A DNA stretch of 63,855 nt, counting the filler. It is 5 parts of 5 records of this genome, joined end to end, with 100 filler letters (N's around TTAATTAATTAA, not from the genome) between each part and the next. Parts side by side here need not be neighbours in the genome. Positions count along the whole stretch, not along the records: positions 1 to 26,976 come from SRR31156797_15634; positions 27,077 to 32,131 come from SRR31156797_15708; 3 more parts are not named here. One strand, given 5' to 3'. This document shows, in pieces, positions 20,072 to 30,285 of the stretch. The notes under the pieces were generated by a model. It was given only the letters and a program-made list of their open reading frames with translations, searched no databases and was not told the origin of the DNA. The position numbers were made by a program, and so were the translations under genes. Each line of letters starts with the position of its first letter. Within the stretch, counting starts at the first letter, position 1.

Positions 20072-20950
20072 CTATGCTATAGTTGCAATTTCATTTGCAT
20101 AGCTGCCAAAGCGGCAGAGAAAATCCATCACCAGATATTTTAACGAAGACAGCATCTCAACATCAGAGACCTTAGTATCTTCCAGTGAGTTGAGTCCGTC
20201 CTCACATAGAATTAAATTATCATAGAGTTTTTGAGATATCATTGAATTGTCCTTATATGGTGCAAGAGCAGATGAGGCAGCAGATATCTCTGAACTAACG
20301 CTTGATAGTTCATGCTTTACATCAATTATACCAATAGTCTTATTCATGTACTTGTTTGAGAGACTGTATAGAGTCTCTGCACTGCTTAGCCATACTTCAT
20401 AGGCATTGTCAATGATTTCAATCTGTGATTCGCTTGCTGTGATATCCACAAATATTCCATCAATTTGAATAGGCGTAACACATGCATCATAGCCCTTTGA
20501 TTTTAGTTCTTCCTTTTTTGCTGAGGCTAAATTATAGTTTGTATAGGCAAAATCATACACCTTATGATAGCCGCCGTGTGTTACTATATACCCAGCACCG
20601 CCCATTGAGACTATATCATTAACTGATGCCTTGGCGTTGGTTAAGCTATTGTACGCTCCCAACTGTACACCATAGATTTCAGTAGCAGGATAATTCATTT
20701 GTTTAGTAATTGTCTGCACACTGCCTGATACTGGTGTAGAGGTTACAGTCAATGTTGGTGTTGCACTAATAATTGTGGGGGACGCAGTTGGCTGAGTTGT
20801 AGCCGCAAGAGGAGCGAAGAAGGTCTTTGACAAAAAACTCCCCGGTACATCTGATGTTGCTGCCCAGATGGCTGCTATTATTATTATAAAACATATTATT
20901 ATAGTTACAGCTTTTGCTGAATTATTGCTTCCATAGGCTGACTGGGGCAT
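20072..20950 (-). CDS. membrane-anchored SPOR-domain protein
   Basis: N-terminal TM, Thr/Pro linker, YGVQLGAY...NA SPOR motif. Confidence 0.7.
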   Translation of the reverse strand: MPQSAYGSNNSAKAVTIIICFIIIIAAIWAATSDVPGSFLSKTFFAPLAATTQPTASPTIISATPTLTVTSTPVSGSVQTITKQMNYPATEIYGVQLGAYNSLTNAKASVNDIVSMGGAGYIVTHGGYHKVYDFAYTNYNLASAKKEELKSKGYDACVTPIQIDGIFVDITASESQIEIIDNAYEVWLSSAETLYSLSNKYMNKTIGIIDVKHELSSVSSEISAASSALAPYKDNSMISQKLYDNLILCEDGLNSLEDTKVSDVEMLSSLKYLVMDFLCRFGSYANEIATIA

Positions 20951-21075
20951 ATTTACCTCCTGTTATATTACTCGCTGATGGTATTGATTATTACGATGCT
21001 TTACATTCTCAGACTATATATATATACTATATTAATGAACAAGCCATAATAGAACTTTAGGTGCGAGGAGTTAAC

Positions 21076-21798
21076 ATGAAATATCATATTGATACTATCC
21101 CAATGTGGGATGCTTTGAATAAGGACAGCGAATGTCCTCTATGTCTGCTGCATAATAAACTAGAAGATAAATACGTAGAATTCTACTTAGGCGATTCAGT
21201 CATGCAGCCTGATAACAGACAAAAAACTAATCAAGTGGGATTCTGTTGTCGCCATTATAATATGATGTATCAAAAGAAGCTGAAACTTCCCCTGGGGTTA
21301 TCTACACAAACCAGACTGGACTATATCAATGATGAACTAGATAAATATTTTGATAATGTAATCAATTCCAATAAGTCCTATAAAAAGTCTGGTTTAGATA
21401 AATTGACTGGAAACATTGACGATATTCTAGGCGGATGCTGCATCTGCAATGATATTGATAAAAACATGAAAAGATATTACTACACTTTTATACATATGTG
21501 GCATAAGGAAGATGAATTCCGTGAGAGATTTGGGGAATCCAAGGGATTGTGCCTACATCATTTTAACAAGATACTAGAATTCAGTGATAATCCATTTTCA
21601 CAGGACAAAAGCCTGCAACTAGCAAAGGCTCTATGTCAGGTGCAAAAAAATAACCTCCAAAGACTAGCTAAGGAGGTTAAGTATTTTAATGATAAATTCG
21701 ACCACAGAAATGCTGATAAGCCATGGGGAACTTCCAAAGATTCTCTGCCCCGGGCTATTAACAAATTATCAGGTCATACTCTTAATTCAAATAATTAG
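21076..21798 (+). CDS. DUF6062-like Cys/His-rich protein
   Basis: Two repeats CPLC..GFCCRH and CCIC..GLCLHH; KFDHRN. Confidence 0.7.
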   Translation: MKYHIDTIPMWDALNKDSECPLCLLHNKLEDKYVEFYLGDSVMQPDNRQKTNQVGFCCRHYNMMYQKKLKLPLGLSTQTRLDYINDELDKYFDNVINSNKSYKKSGLDKLTGNIDDILGGCCICNDIDKNMKRYYYTFIHMWHKEDEFRERFGESKGLCLHHFNKILEFSDNPFSQDKSLQLAKALCQVQKNNLQRLAKEVKYFNDKFDHRNADKPWGTSKDSLPRAINKLSGHTLNSNN

Positions 21799-23015
21799 AT
21801 GAATTTTCTTGGCAAACGTGAAAATACTGGCAAACCATCATGACCATGACGAAGCATGACTTCACCTTTCATAAGTGGTGCACAATATGTAATAATATCA
21901 TCAGTCATTGTTTTACCGTCAATTATCCATTCCTGAGGTATTTTCTTTTCAGCATTTGCAACATCTGACAAAGGAGTAAGAGTATATTTCATATTATATG
22001 GTGCATCGCTAATTCTCTCATATGAAACCATATAGCCTGACTTACCTGCATAGGCCTGCTTAACTGCATTATAGCCAGCATTAAATGTCTCTTCCATATC
22101 AGTAGCACTGGCAACATGAGTTGCACATCTTTGTATAATATTTGGATTTATAATCTTTGCTCTTGGAGTAATGCTCTCTGCAATCTTTTGCTTCAAGAAA
22201 TCAGTAACTCCGCCTAGCTGAGCATGTCCGAATGTATCATTTACGCTCTTGCCGGATAATAGGAATTCACCGTTTTTATCCTTTATACCCTCCGATACTG
22301 CAATAAAGACCATTTTCTTAGTTTCAAACAATTCCTTTGTATCAGCTAAAAATTCTTCCAAATCAAATACTGATTCCGGCAGATAAATTCTATCTACCAA
22401 TTGCTCATCATTGTACTTAGCACATGCTGTACTTGCTGCCAGCCAGCCTGCATGACGCCCCATAGTCTCCATCAGAATGATTGTAGGTGTTGAGTACGAG
22501 TAGCAGTCATATGCACTAACCTGCAATGTAGTATTGAGGTATTTAGCAGCTGAACCAAAACCAGGGCAGTGGTCTGTACCAACCAAGTCATTATCTACTG
22601 TCTTTGGTATACCAATAACTTTTATATCAATATTGTTCTTAACAGCATACTCGTTGATTTTATCGCATGTATCCATTGAATCGTTGCCGCCGTTGTAGAA
22701 GAAATGAGTGATTTCCAGCTTTTCAAATACTTTAAATACTGCTTCAAAATCTGGGTGAGTTATATCCTTGCTCATCTTGTATCTACATGAACCTAAGCCT
22801 GCAGATGGTGTGTACTTCAGGCCCTCCACTATTTTTCTGTCAGTCGCTTTCAAGTCGATAATCTCGTTATTTAATACACCTTGGATACCCTGATATGCCG
22901 CATAGATATTGTCAAATCCTAAGTCCATTGCGGCATTAAATGCTCCAACAACACCAGAGTTGATTACTGCAGTCGGTCCGCCTGATTGTGCAATCAGCAT
23001 ATTGTTCTTTGCCAT
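21795..23015 (-). CDS. 6-phosphofructokinase, probably PPi-dependent
   Basis: QSGGPTAVIN, GGNDS (Asp typical of PPi-type), PKTVDND, METMGRHAGWL. Confidence 0.88.
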   Translation of the reverse strand: MAKNNMLIAQSGGPTAVINSGVVGAFNAAMDLGFDNIYAAYQGIQGVLNNEIIDLKATDRKIVEGLKYTPSAGLGSCRYKMSKDITHPDFEAVFKVFEKLEITHFFYNGGNDSMDTCDKINEYAVKNNIDIKVIGIPKTVDNDLVGTDHCPGFGSAAKYLNTTLQVSAYDCYSYSTPTIILMETMGRHAGWLAASTACAKYNDEQLVDRIYLPESVFDLEEFLADTKELFETKKMVFIAVSEGIKDKNGEFLLSGKSVNDTFGHAQLGGVTDFLKQKIAESITPRAKIINPNIIQRCATHVASATDMEETFNAGYNAVKQAYAGKSGYMVSYERISDAPYNMKYTLTPLSDVANAEKKIPQEWIIDGKTMTDDIITYCAPLMKGEVMLRHGHDGLPVFSRLPRKFI

Positions 23016-23047
23016 AAAGTCCTCCGTTCTACAAATAATTTAATATT

Positions 23048-24412
23048 TTACTGCTTTTGTGCAGCGTATTCCTTTTCAATAGCATAGATAGCAAGAGCAC
23101 ATTCGATTCTCTTCCTTTGCATTTTGCATTCCAGTTCATGAGGTTTTGATATATTACCGTTAAAGCCAAAAGCGTTTGCAGCGCATCCTCCGCCGCAGTA
23201 CATCTGCGCAAAGCAATTCCGGCAGTCAGGTTTTGAGGACACCTGATTGTTTTTAAACATTTCTCTCTTCTCAGTATTTGTGATTCCAGTATCCAGATTA
23301 CCCAGCTTAAAATCATCATAGGATGAAAACTGATGACATGGGAAGATATCACCGTCTGGCATAACAGCTAGATATTCGCATCCTGCACCGCATCCTGATA
23401 ATCTCTTGGTAGCACATGGGCCATTCTTTAGGTCAATAAAGAAATGGAAAAAGTTCAGCCATCTGCCTTCTCTTCTTTCCTTAATATACCACTTTGCTAG
23501 TTTTTCATACTCATCGCAGATTTTGTCTAAGTGTGATTCATTCAGTGAATATGACATTTTACTGTCAGCTACTACGGGCTCAATGGAAATCTGTTTGAAA
23601 CCCTGTTCCTGCATATACTTAACATCCTGTAAAAAATCCAGGTTGTGACGAGTAAATGTGCCTCTGATATAGTGAGACTTACTGCCTCGTAGCTCTGCAA
23701 TACGCTTGGCAGATTTTAAAATACTCTCATGAGAGCCGCCTCCACCAATAGCAGGACGCATATAGTCGTGTTTCTCTGGTCTGCCATCTAAGCTTACTAC
23801 AATATTGAACATATTATCATTTAGATAATTCATATCTTCATCACTTAGTTCATAACCATTGGTGGTCATAGTGAAGTTAATGTGCTTATTATACTTAGAT
23901 TCCAGCTCGTGCCCGTGCACTACGATATCCTTAACAACATCGAAATTCATCATTGGCTCACCGCCAAAAAAGTCTACTTCCAGATTCTTAATGCTTCCTG
24001 AATTATCAAATAAGAAATCTAATGCTTTCTTCCCTACTTCTGCGCTCATCAGGCATCTTTTGCCTCCGATTGCACCAGTATGAGCAAAGCAGTATTTGCA
24101 TCGCAGATTGCAGTCGTGAGCAATGTGCAGACACATAGCCTTAATATGACCATCATGTTTTGGCTCGACTTCGCTGTAGTCAATATCTGTATCCAGTACA
24201 CCTTGCTTTACCAATGTGTTTATTTCATCTAGTATTTCACCAACTATTTCAACACCAAAACGAGCGTCAAGACGCTCGTGAATAGTGCTGGCTTCAGCTT
24301 TATCCTTGAATAAATCAAGAACTTCATATGTACTCTCGTCAACTTCCATAAGAGATGATGAAAATACATCCAGGACGAAATTTCGCCCGTCAAACTTAAA
24401 GGTATGAATCAT
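23048..24412 (-). CDS. scfB: thioether cross-link-forming SCIFF peptide maturase (radical SAM/SPASM)
   Basis: KAMCLHIAHDCNLRCKYCFA, EVDFFGGEP, SPASM cysteines, ELECKMQRKRIECA. Confidence 0.95.
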   Translation of the reverse strand: MIHTFKFDGRNFVLDVFSSSLMEVDESTYEVLDLFKDKAEASTIHERLDARFGVEIVGEILDEINTLVKQGVLDTDIDYSEVEPKHDGHIKAMCLHIAHDCNLRCKYCFAHTGAIGGKRCLMSAEVGKKALDFLFDNSGSIKNLEVDFFGGEPMMNFDVVKDIVVHGHELESKYNKHINFTMTTNGYELSDEDMNYLNDNMFNIVVSLDGRPEKHDYMRPAIGGGGSHESILKSAKRIAELRGSKSHYIRGTFTRHNLDFLQDVKYMQEQGFKQISIEPVVADSKMSYSLNESHLDKICDEYEKLAKWYIKERREGRWLNFFHFFIDLKNGPCATKRLSGCGAGCEYLAVMPDGDIFPCHQFSSYDDFKLGNLDTGITNTEKREMFKNNQVSSKPDCRNCFAQMYCGGGCAANAFGFNGNISKPHELECKMQRKRIECALAIYAIEKEYAAQKQ

Positions 24413-24413
24413 A

Positions 24414-24554
24414 TTATTGCTTTGGTTCCTGTGCGCACTCTTGGTTGCCTACTGTGCAGGAAGTCTTGCAAGCAGACTGACATGATGATTGGCATTCACC
24501 GCATCCGCCTTTTTTGTTAATACAATTTGATTCAACTATTTTGATATGTTTCAT
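24414..24554 (-). CDS. scfA: SCIFF six-cysteine ranthipeptide precursor (46 aa)
   Basis: MKHIK...GGCGECQSSCQSACKTSCTVGNQEC; AAGGAG RBS; adjacent to the maturase. Confidence 0.95.
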   Translation of the reverse strand: MKHIKIVESNCINKKGGCGECQSSCQSACKTSCTVGNQECAQEPKQ

Positions 24555-24747
24555 TATGTTCTCCTTGAAAGGTAGTGATATGAGATTAACAATCTTACCC
24601 CATTCTCTGGTTATTATACACGGAAAAGATAGATTTAACAAGGTGTTTTAAATGCAATGTTTGCACAGAGATATTTTGTATATGCTGTTTTAATTTATAC
24701 AATATAATATTATAACTTAAGTTCTATTTCAATTAAATACCCTGCAG

Positions 24748-25512
24748 TCAAGACTTAAAGAACCTCAATGCTCTCTGAATACAGATATCCCAATAATCCC
24801 ATGTATGTGCATAACCATCATCGTCATAACGAATGTACTTATATCCTATTGTATCCAGATAATTAATATAATCGCAGTAATTACTGTAAAGAGTATCATC
24901 TGTGCCACAGCACATCATAAGCTGTGGCGAATTACCGTTTTTCACACATTTATGTGCTAAATATCTTGTATCATCTTTTGATTCTACTTGTAAATCAATG
25001 CCCAGCACATGAGCGTAAACAGTGTCAATTATACTTGAATTTTCTTCTTTCAGCTCAATAGCTCTTGCCCCTAAATCTGCTACAGGTGAAAAGGAAGCTA
25101 TCTTTGAGAAAAAATCAGCACGTGACATTCCTATTTTTAGTGCACCATATCCGCCCATTGAAAGACCTGCTATATATGTTTTGTCTTTATCACTGTTAAT
25201 ATGAAACATAGAATGAACTACCATTGGCAGTTCCTCAGCTATATGTGTGTAATACCTTTTTCCATACTTCATGTCAGTATAATATGATTTATCTCCTGCA
25301 GGCATTACTATGCACAGCTCTGGATATATAGCCTTTGTATATCGTACAAGAGAAGTCATATTCAGCCAAGCATTATGATTATCTGATAAACCATGGAGAA
25401 GGTATAAAACCGGCAGATTTTCATCAGCTGATCTGTTTTCAGGCAAAATAACGTTCATATCCACAGAGAAATTCATTACTTTTGAATAGTAGTTAATATT
25501 TGCTATTGCCAT
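24748..25512 (-). CDS. esterase, alpha/beta hydrolase (tributyrin esterase-like)
   Basis: PVLYLLHGLSD, AGLSMGGYG, HTWDYWD. Confidence 0.88.
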   Translation of the reverse strand: MAIANINYYSKVMNFSVDMNVILPENRSADENLPVLYLLHGLSDNHNAWLNMTSLVRYTKAIYPELCIVMPAGDKSYYTDMKYGKRYYTHIAEELPMVVHSMFHINSDKDKTYIAGLSMGGYGALKIGMSRADFFSKIASFSPVADLGARAIELKEENSSIIDTVYAHVLGIDLQVESKDDTRYLAHKCVKNGNSPQLMMCCGTDDTLYSNYCDYINYLDTIGYKYIRYDDDGYAHTWDYWDICIQRALRFFKS

Positions 25513-25516
25513 ATTA

Positions 25517-25885
25517 TTACTTCCTGTAGATATGTGCACCAAAAGGTACAAGTGCCAGCTTTGCAAACTTAATATGCTGATTGCCAAATGGTATACCGAT
25601 TATTGTGATGTAGAAGAAGCATGCTGCTATCACATGCCCTACAGCCAGCTCCCAGCCAAATAATAGTATCCAGATAACATTTGCAATAAATCCGCCTGCA
25701 CCGAAGTTGCCAATGTCAATTTCCTTTTTAAATGGCCATAAAACCAGTCTTGAAATCTTAAAGCACTGGACACCAAAAGGTATTCCTATAATTGTAATGC
25801 ACCATAATATGCCGGATATAAACCAACCAATTGCAGAGAAAAGCCCACCAAATACCAGCCATATAATATTACCTAATGTTCTCAT
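25517..25885 (-). CDS. YccF-domain inner membrane protein
   Basis: LGNIIWLVFGG and two ITIIGIPFG repeats. Confidence 0.9.
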   Translation of the reverse strand: MRTLGNIIWLVFGGLFSAIGWFISGILWCITIIGIPFGVQCFKISRLVLWPFKKEIDIGNFGAGGFIANVIWILLFGWELAVGHVIAACFFYITIIGIPFGNQHIKFAKLALVPFGAHIYRK

Positions 25886-26171
25886 AGCAGCTCCTAAAAT
25901 TTTTGTATAATTATTATAGCATAATATGAGGCTATTATACATCAAAAAGGTAATATTCCCACCTATAATTGTTTCGTATTTATAATTATTTAGCTTCTGC
26001 AAGAGCCGTTTCAATAGCTTTATACCTAGCGTATTTTAAGCACTGGATTTATTATATTACCAGATATGTTTTATCTAAAAAGTAAATCCCACTTTTTTAG
26101 TATATTGACGACTTTTTCTTAGTACAGTACTAGCATTTTTTTAATTTTATCAATAGATAAAATAATTCCCC

Positions 26172-26228
26172 TTGCAGTTAATTTTATTTAGTGCTACAAT
26201 ATAAATAGTTATTTATGTGCACGTGCAC
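26172..26228 (+). promoter_or_regulatory. xylA promoter and palindromic operator candidate
   Basis: TTGCAG-17-TACAAT with extended TG; perfect palindrome GTGCACGTGCAC at 26217-26228. Confidence 0.55.
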
Positions 26229-26265
26229 GGTACAGTATAATCTTAATCAGAGAAGGAGCTATATT

Positions 26266-26976
26266 ATGGGCGAATATTTCAAAGGCATAGGAAAAATCGA
26301 ATACAAAGGTAAGTCAGGCGATGCATTATCATTCAAATTCTACAATCCTGACGAAGTAGTAAACGGCAAGACTATGAAGGAAAACATGCGTTTTGCAATG
26401 AGCTACTGGCACACATTGACAGGTGAAGGCGTAGACATCTTTGGCGGCGGTACACAGGACAAATCATTCGGCGAAACTGATCCAATGGCACATGCAAAGG
26501 CAAAAGCTGATGCTGGCTTTGAATTCATGGATAAATTAGGTATTGACTATTTCTGTTTCCATGACAGAGATATCGCACCAGAAGCTGATACTCTGGAAGA
26601 AACAAACGCAAGACTGGATGAAATTGTTGACTACATCGAAGGCTTAATGAAAAAGCATAACAAAAAACTATTGTGGGGCACAACAAACGCATTTAGTAAT
26701 CCAAGATTCATGCACGGTGCAGCTACATCATGTAATGCTGACGTTTTTGCATTTGCTGCAGCACAAATCAAAAAAGCTTTGGAAATCACAACTCGCTTAG
26801 GCGGACAGGGATATGTTTTCTGGGGCGGCAGAGAAGGATATGCAACACTTCTGAATACAAACCTGGGCTTAGAACTGGACAACCTTGGCAGAATGCTTAC
26901 TATGGCACGTGATTATGGTCGCTCAATCGGCTTCACAGGTGATTTCTACATCGAGCCAAAGCCAATGGAGCCAATG
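26266..26976 (+). CDS. xylA: xylose isomerase class II (3'-truncated at contig end)
   Basis: [38 protein letters not shown]. Confidence 0.95.
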
Positions 26977-27076
26977 NNNNNNNNNNNNNNNNNNNNNNNN
27001 NNNNNNNNNNNNNNNNNNNNTTAATTAATTAANNNNNNNNNNNNNNNNNNNNNNNNNNNNNNNNNNNNNNNNNNNN
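26977..27076. other. artificial contig linker
   Basis: N44-TTAATTAATTAA-N44 (stops in all six frames). Confidence 0.98.
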
Positions 27077-27080
27077 AAAA

Positions 27081-28862
27081 ATGCCAAACCTTAAAGGGGA
27101 TCTCTATATCTTTAATCCCCTTACCACAGAGCTGGCAGGACAGAACATTGTGACTATAAACGTCCCTGATCAAGCAAAACACTGGTTCAGGAACCTTACC
27201 CAGCGCTTCAAAGGCCTTTTGGCACAAACTTTTGCAGTTAGCTTTCTTATTAATTTCCTGGCTCTGGCTTCATCACTTTTTGTCATGGCGGTCTACGACA
27301 AAGTCATTGGCAGCAGATCTATAGATACCCTAAAATTCCTGACAATTGGCGCAGTGCTCGCTATGGTCACGGAGGCAATATTACGATATTTAAGGGCGCG
27401 CAGCCTTGCTTACTTCGGCGTTCGCATTGATGCTATCACCAGCCAGGCTGTTTTTGAACGCTTGCTCCTCCTTCCCCCTCGCCTGATTGAGGGTTCATCA
27501 ATCCCCTCTCAGGTTGCAAGAATAAAGGATTTTGATTCTCTACGTGATTTCTTTTCAGGACCAACCGGTATAAGCATCCTGGAACTACCGTTTACGCTAA
27601 TTTTCATCATTACTATAGCTCTTATCGGCGGAAAACTAGCACTTATACCGCTACTCCTTGCCTGTTGTTACTTTATACTTGCCCTGATCATGCTCCCCCG
27701 TATCCAGGCAGCAACCGATCAAGGGGCTGCGACCACTGTTCGCAAGCAGGCATTGCTGGTTGAAACCATGCAAAAAAACAGGTTCATCAAAGCTCACGGG
27801 CTTGGCAGCACTTGGTGGAAACGCTTTCACAAGCTTTCCGGTGAAGCCGCCACAACCAGCTTTTCCTCTGCCTTTCTTTCCTCTCTTATCGAGGCGATTG
27901 CCTATGGGTTGTCAATAATTGCCGGTGTAAGTACCCTTACTTTGGGAATTTGGTTTGTATGGCAGGGAAGCATTACAACTGGTGGGCTCATTGCATCAAT
28001 GATGCTTGTCTGGAGAGTACTAACGCCAATGCAGACCCTCTGCAATTCGCTGGTACGTATCCGCTACATCTTTCGCAGCATACAGCAAGTTCACAAATTA
28101 ATTAAAACCCCGCCAGAAGGGAAAATTGTCAACACCAGCCACCATCAAGCGCAGCTCAAGGGCAAAATTTCATTCAACGGGGTAGGACTCCGCTACAGCT
28201 CGACCAGTAGCCCGATCCTTTCCGGCATGACGCTTGAGATTAATCCCGGGGAAATTGTTGCCATAGCAGGAGGATCGGGGACGGGCAAAACAAGTTTACT
28301 CAAACTTCTTAACGGCCTTTACACGCCCCAAGTTGGCTCCATCCTTATCGATGGGCTGGATATTCGGCAACGTGATTCCCTTGATCTCCGCAAACACATT
28401 TCCTATGTCCCCCAGGCAGTCGAACTCTTCCACGGCACCATCGAAAAAAATCTGCGCATGGTCAAACCGGATGCAACCGACAATGATCTCCTTGACGCCC
28501 TTGACTGGGCAGGAGCTCGAGAAGAAATTAAACTCCTCCCCAAAGGGATGAACACCTTTATCGGCGATTTCCGTTCAGAGCAGCTTTCCTCCAGCTTTTC
28601 CTTTCAATTAACTCTGGCTCGGGGATACCTGCGCAATGCATCTATTATGTTGTTTGACGAATTCCCTTCTGCAGTTTTATATGACGCCACCGGTAATCTC
28701 TTCAGAGAATACCTTTCTCGGCAACGAGGGAAAAAGACCATTTTCTTTGTGACGGAACGCAAAGAGGACATTTTACAGGCCGATCGCCTTATTTACCTTA
28801 CAGGCAATGCGCAAGTATTATCCGGTAAGCCAATGGAACTACTTAATGCCCTACAAAAATAA
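27081..28862 (+). CDS. type I secretion ABC transporter (permease + ATPase), probably 5'-truncated
   Basis: VMAVYDKVI, ELPF, Walker A GGSGTGKT, YVPQ; degenerate ABC signature. Confidence 0.9.
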   Translation: MPNLKGDLYIFNPLTTELAGQNIVTINVPDQAKHWFRNLTQRFKGLLAQTFAVSFLINFLALASSLFVMAVYDKVIGSRSIDTLKFLTIGAVLAMVTEAILRYLRARSLAYFGVRIDAITSQAVFERLLLLPPRLIEGSSIPSQVARIKDFDSLRDFFSGPTGISILELPFTLIFIITIALIGGKLALIPLLLACCYFILALIMLPRIQAATDQGAATTVRKQALLVETMQKNRFIKAHGLGSTWWKRFHKLSGEAATTSFSSAFLSSLIEAIAYGLSIIAGVSTLTLGIWFVWQGSITTGGLIASMMLVWRVLTPMQTLCNSLVRIRYIFRSIQQVHKLIKTPPEGKIVNTSHHQAQLKGKISFNGVGLRYSSTSSPILSGMTLEINPGEIVAIAGGSGTGKTSLLKLLNGLYTPQVGSILIDGLDIRQRDSLDLRKHISYVPQAVELFHGTIEKNLRMVKPDATDNDLLDALDWAGAREEIKLLPKGMNTFIGDFRSEQLSSSFSFQLTLARGYLRNASIMLFDEFPSAVLYDATGNLFREYLSRQRGKKTIFFVTERKEDILQADRLIYLTGNAQVLSGKPMELLNALQK

Positions 28863-28918
28863 AGAGCATGTTCATTAGACCCAGACATTAATATTTACTC
28901 CTTACTCATGTGATATAC

Positions 28919-30247
28919 ATGGCCAAAAAGACCAAAGACAGCACAAAACAGCTACGCATTCTTTCGCAGTCGGCATTACTGGAAGAGGCACGCACGCCCT
29001 ATCTCATCCGTACCACCATGCTTGTTATCTGTTTTAGTTTTATTGCTTTCATTGTATGGGCGGCATTTGCACAGATCACTGAACGATCAACTGCTACTGG
29101 TGAAATTGTTCCCTCTGGTTACGTACAGTCCATACAGCACCTTGAAGGTGGAATAATAGAACAAATTTTTATCAGAGACGACAGCAAGGTCAATAAAGGG
29201 CAGATACTGATCCAGATAAGTGGAGAATCAGTTCATAATAATTTCCAGCGAGTACAAACCAAACTCCAGCTTCAAGAACTCCGGGCAGCACGACTTCGTT
29301 CCTTTCTCACCGGAGATAGCACCACTTTTGAAAAAGCCAATCGCCAATACAGCAGCTTAGCATCGTCTCAAGGACAAATACTCAAGGCAATGATCGATGC
29401 CCATGAAAAAGAAAAGGAGCTTGTCCATAAACAGATTACGCAGAAAAGGGAGCAGCTTAAGCTCTTCCGCCAAGAACTTTCCACTGCACAAAAAAATCTC
29501 GGCGTTGTCAAGGCCTCCTTTGCTACCCAGGATACTCTTTATCAAGAAAGGCTGGTTGCTGAAACGACGTACCTTGCTGTTGTCCGCGAGCTCAATGAAC
29601 AGCAGGGAAAGGTGGACAGTCTGAAAATAAAGTGCCTGCAGGCTGAAGACCTGATCAGCGAATATGAGATCCGGCTCCAATCCATTATATCTACAGCCAA
29701 GAATCAAGCTCTGCAGCAGCTTGGAGAAATTGAGTCTGATCAGGCCGAGACCCGCGAACATCTCGAAAACCTGACGCAACAGGTACAGCGGCTAGCCGTT
29801 CGCTCCCCTATTAACGGTATTATTAAAGGCTTAAATGTCCATACTGTGGGGGGAGTAATTGCTCCAGGAAGCCGATTGATGGAAATCGTGCCCACCTCCG
29901 ATGAACTCCTTGCAGAAATAAAAATTTCCCCAAACGATATCGGGCATATTAAAATTGGTCACCCAGTCATCATTAAAGTCACCTCCTATGATTTCTCTCG
30001 TTACGGAGCGATCGATGGTTCCATTACCGGTTTATCGGCAACTACTTTTACCAACGAACAAGGACAAAGTTTTTACAAGGGGGCTGTTGCCCTTGAGAAA
30101 GGATATGTTGGCAATCAACCAGGAACAAATGTTATCCTTCCGGGCATGATAGTCAATGCAGAAATAATTACCGGTCAGAAAAGCTTGTTGGAATACTTTC
30201 TCAAGCCCATCCATAAAGCCCTGAACTCAGCCTTTATCGAACGATAA
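28919..30247 (+). CDS. HlyD-family type I secretion membrane fusion protein
   Basis: IQHLEGGII, VRSPING, YDFSRYG, ILPGM, YFLKPI. Confidence 0.93.
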   Translation: MAKKTKDSTKQLRILSQSALLEEARTPYLIRTTMLVICFSFIAFIVWAAFAQITERSTATGEIVPSGYVQSIQHLEGGIIEQIFIRDDSKVNKGQILIQISGESVHNNFQRVQTKLQLQELRAARLRSFLTGDSTTFEKANRQYSSLASSQGQILKAMIDAHEKEKELVHKQITQKREQLKLFRQELSTAQKNLGVVKASFATQDTLYQERLVAETTYLAVVRELNEQQGKVDSLKIKCLQAEDLISEYEIRLQSIISTAKNQALQQLGEIESDQAETREHLENLTQQVQRLAVRSPINGIIKGLNVHTVGGVIAPGSRLMEIVPTSDELLAEIKISPNDIGHIKIGHPVIIKVTSYDFSRYGAIDGSITGLSATTFTNEQGQSFYKGAVALEKGYVGNQPGTNVILPGMIVNAEIITGQKSLLEYFLKPIHKALNSAFIER

Positions 30248-30285
30248 CTAACCAGAGCCCTTTCTCTTATCAGCGAGTGACACTC

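Noticed and set aside
24555..24641. N-terminal extension of the SCIFF ORF (75 aa in the track)
   Set aside because: The RBS and family consensus place the start at MKHIK (24554).
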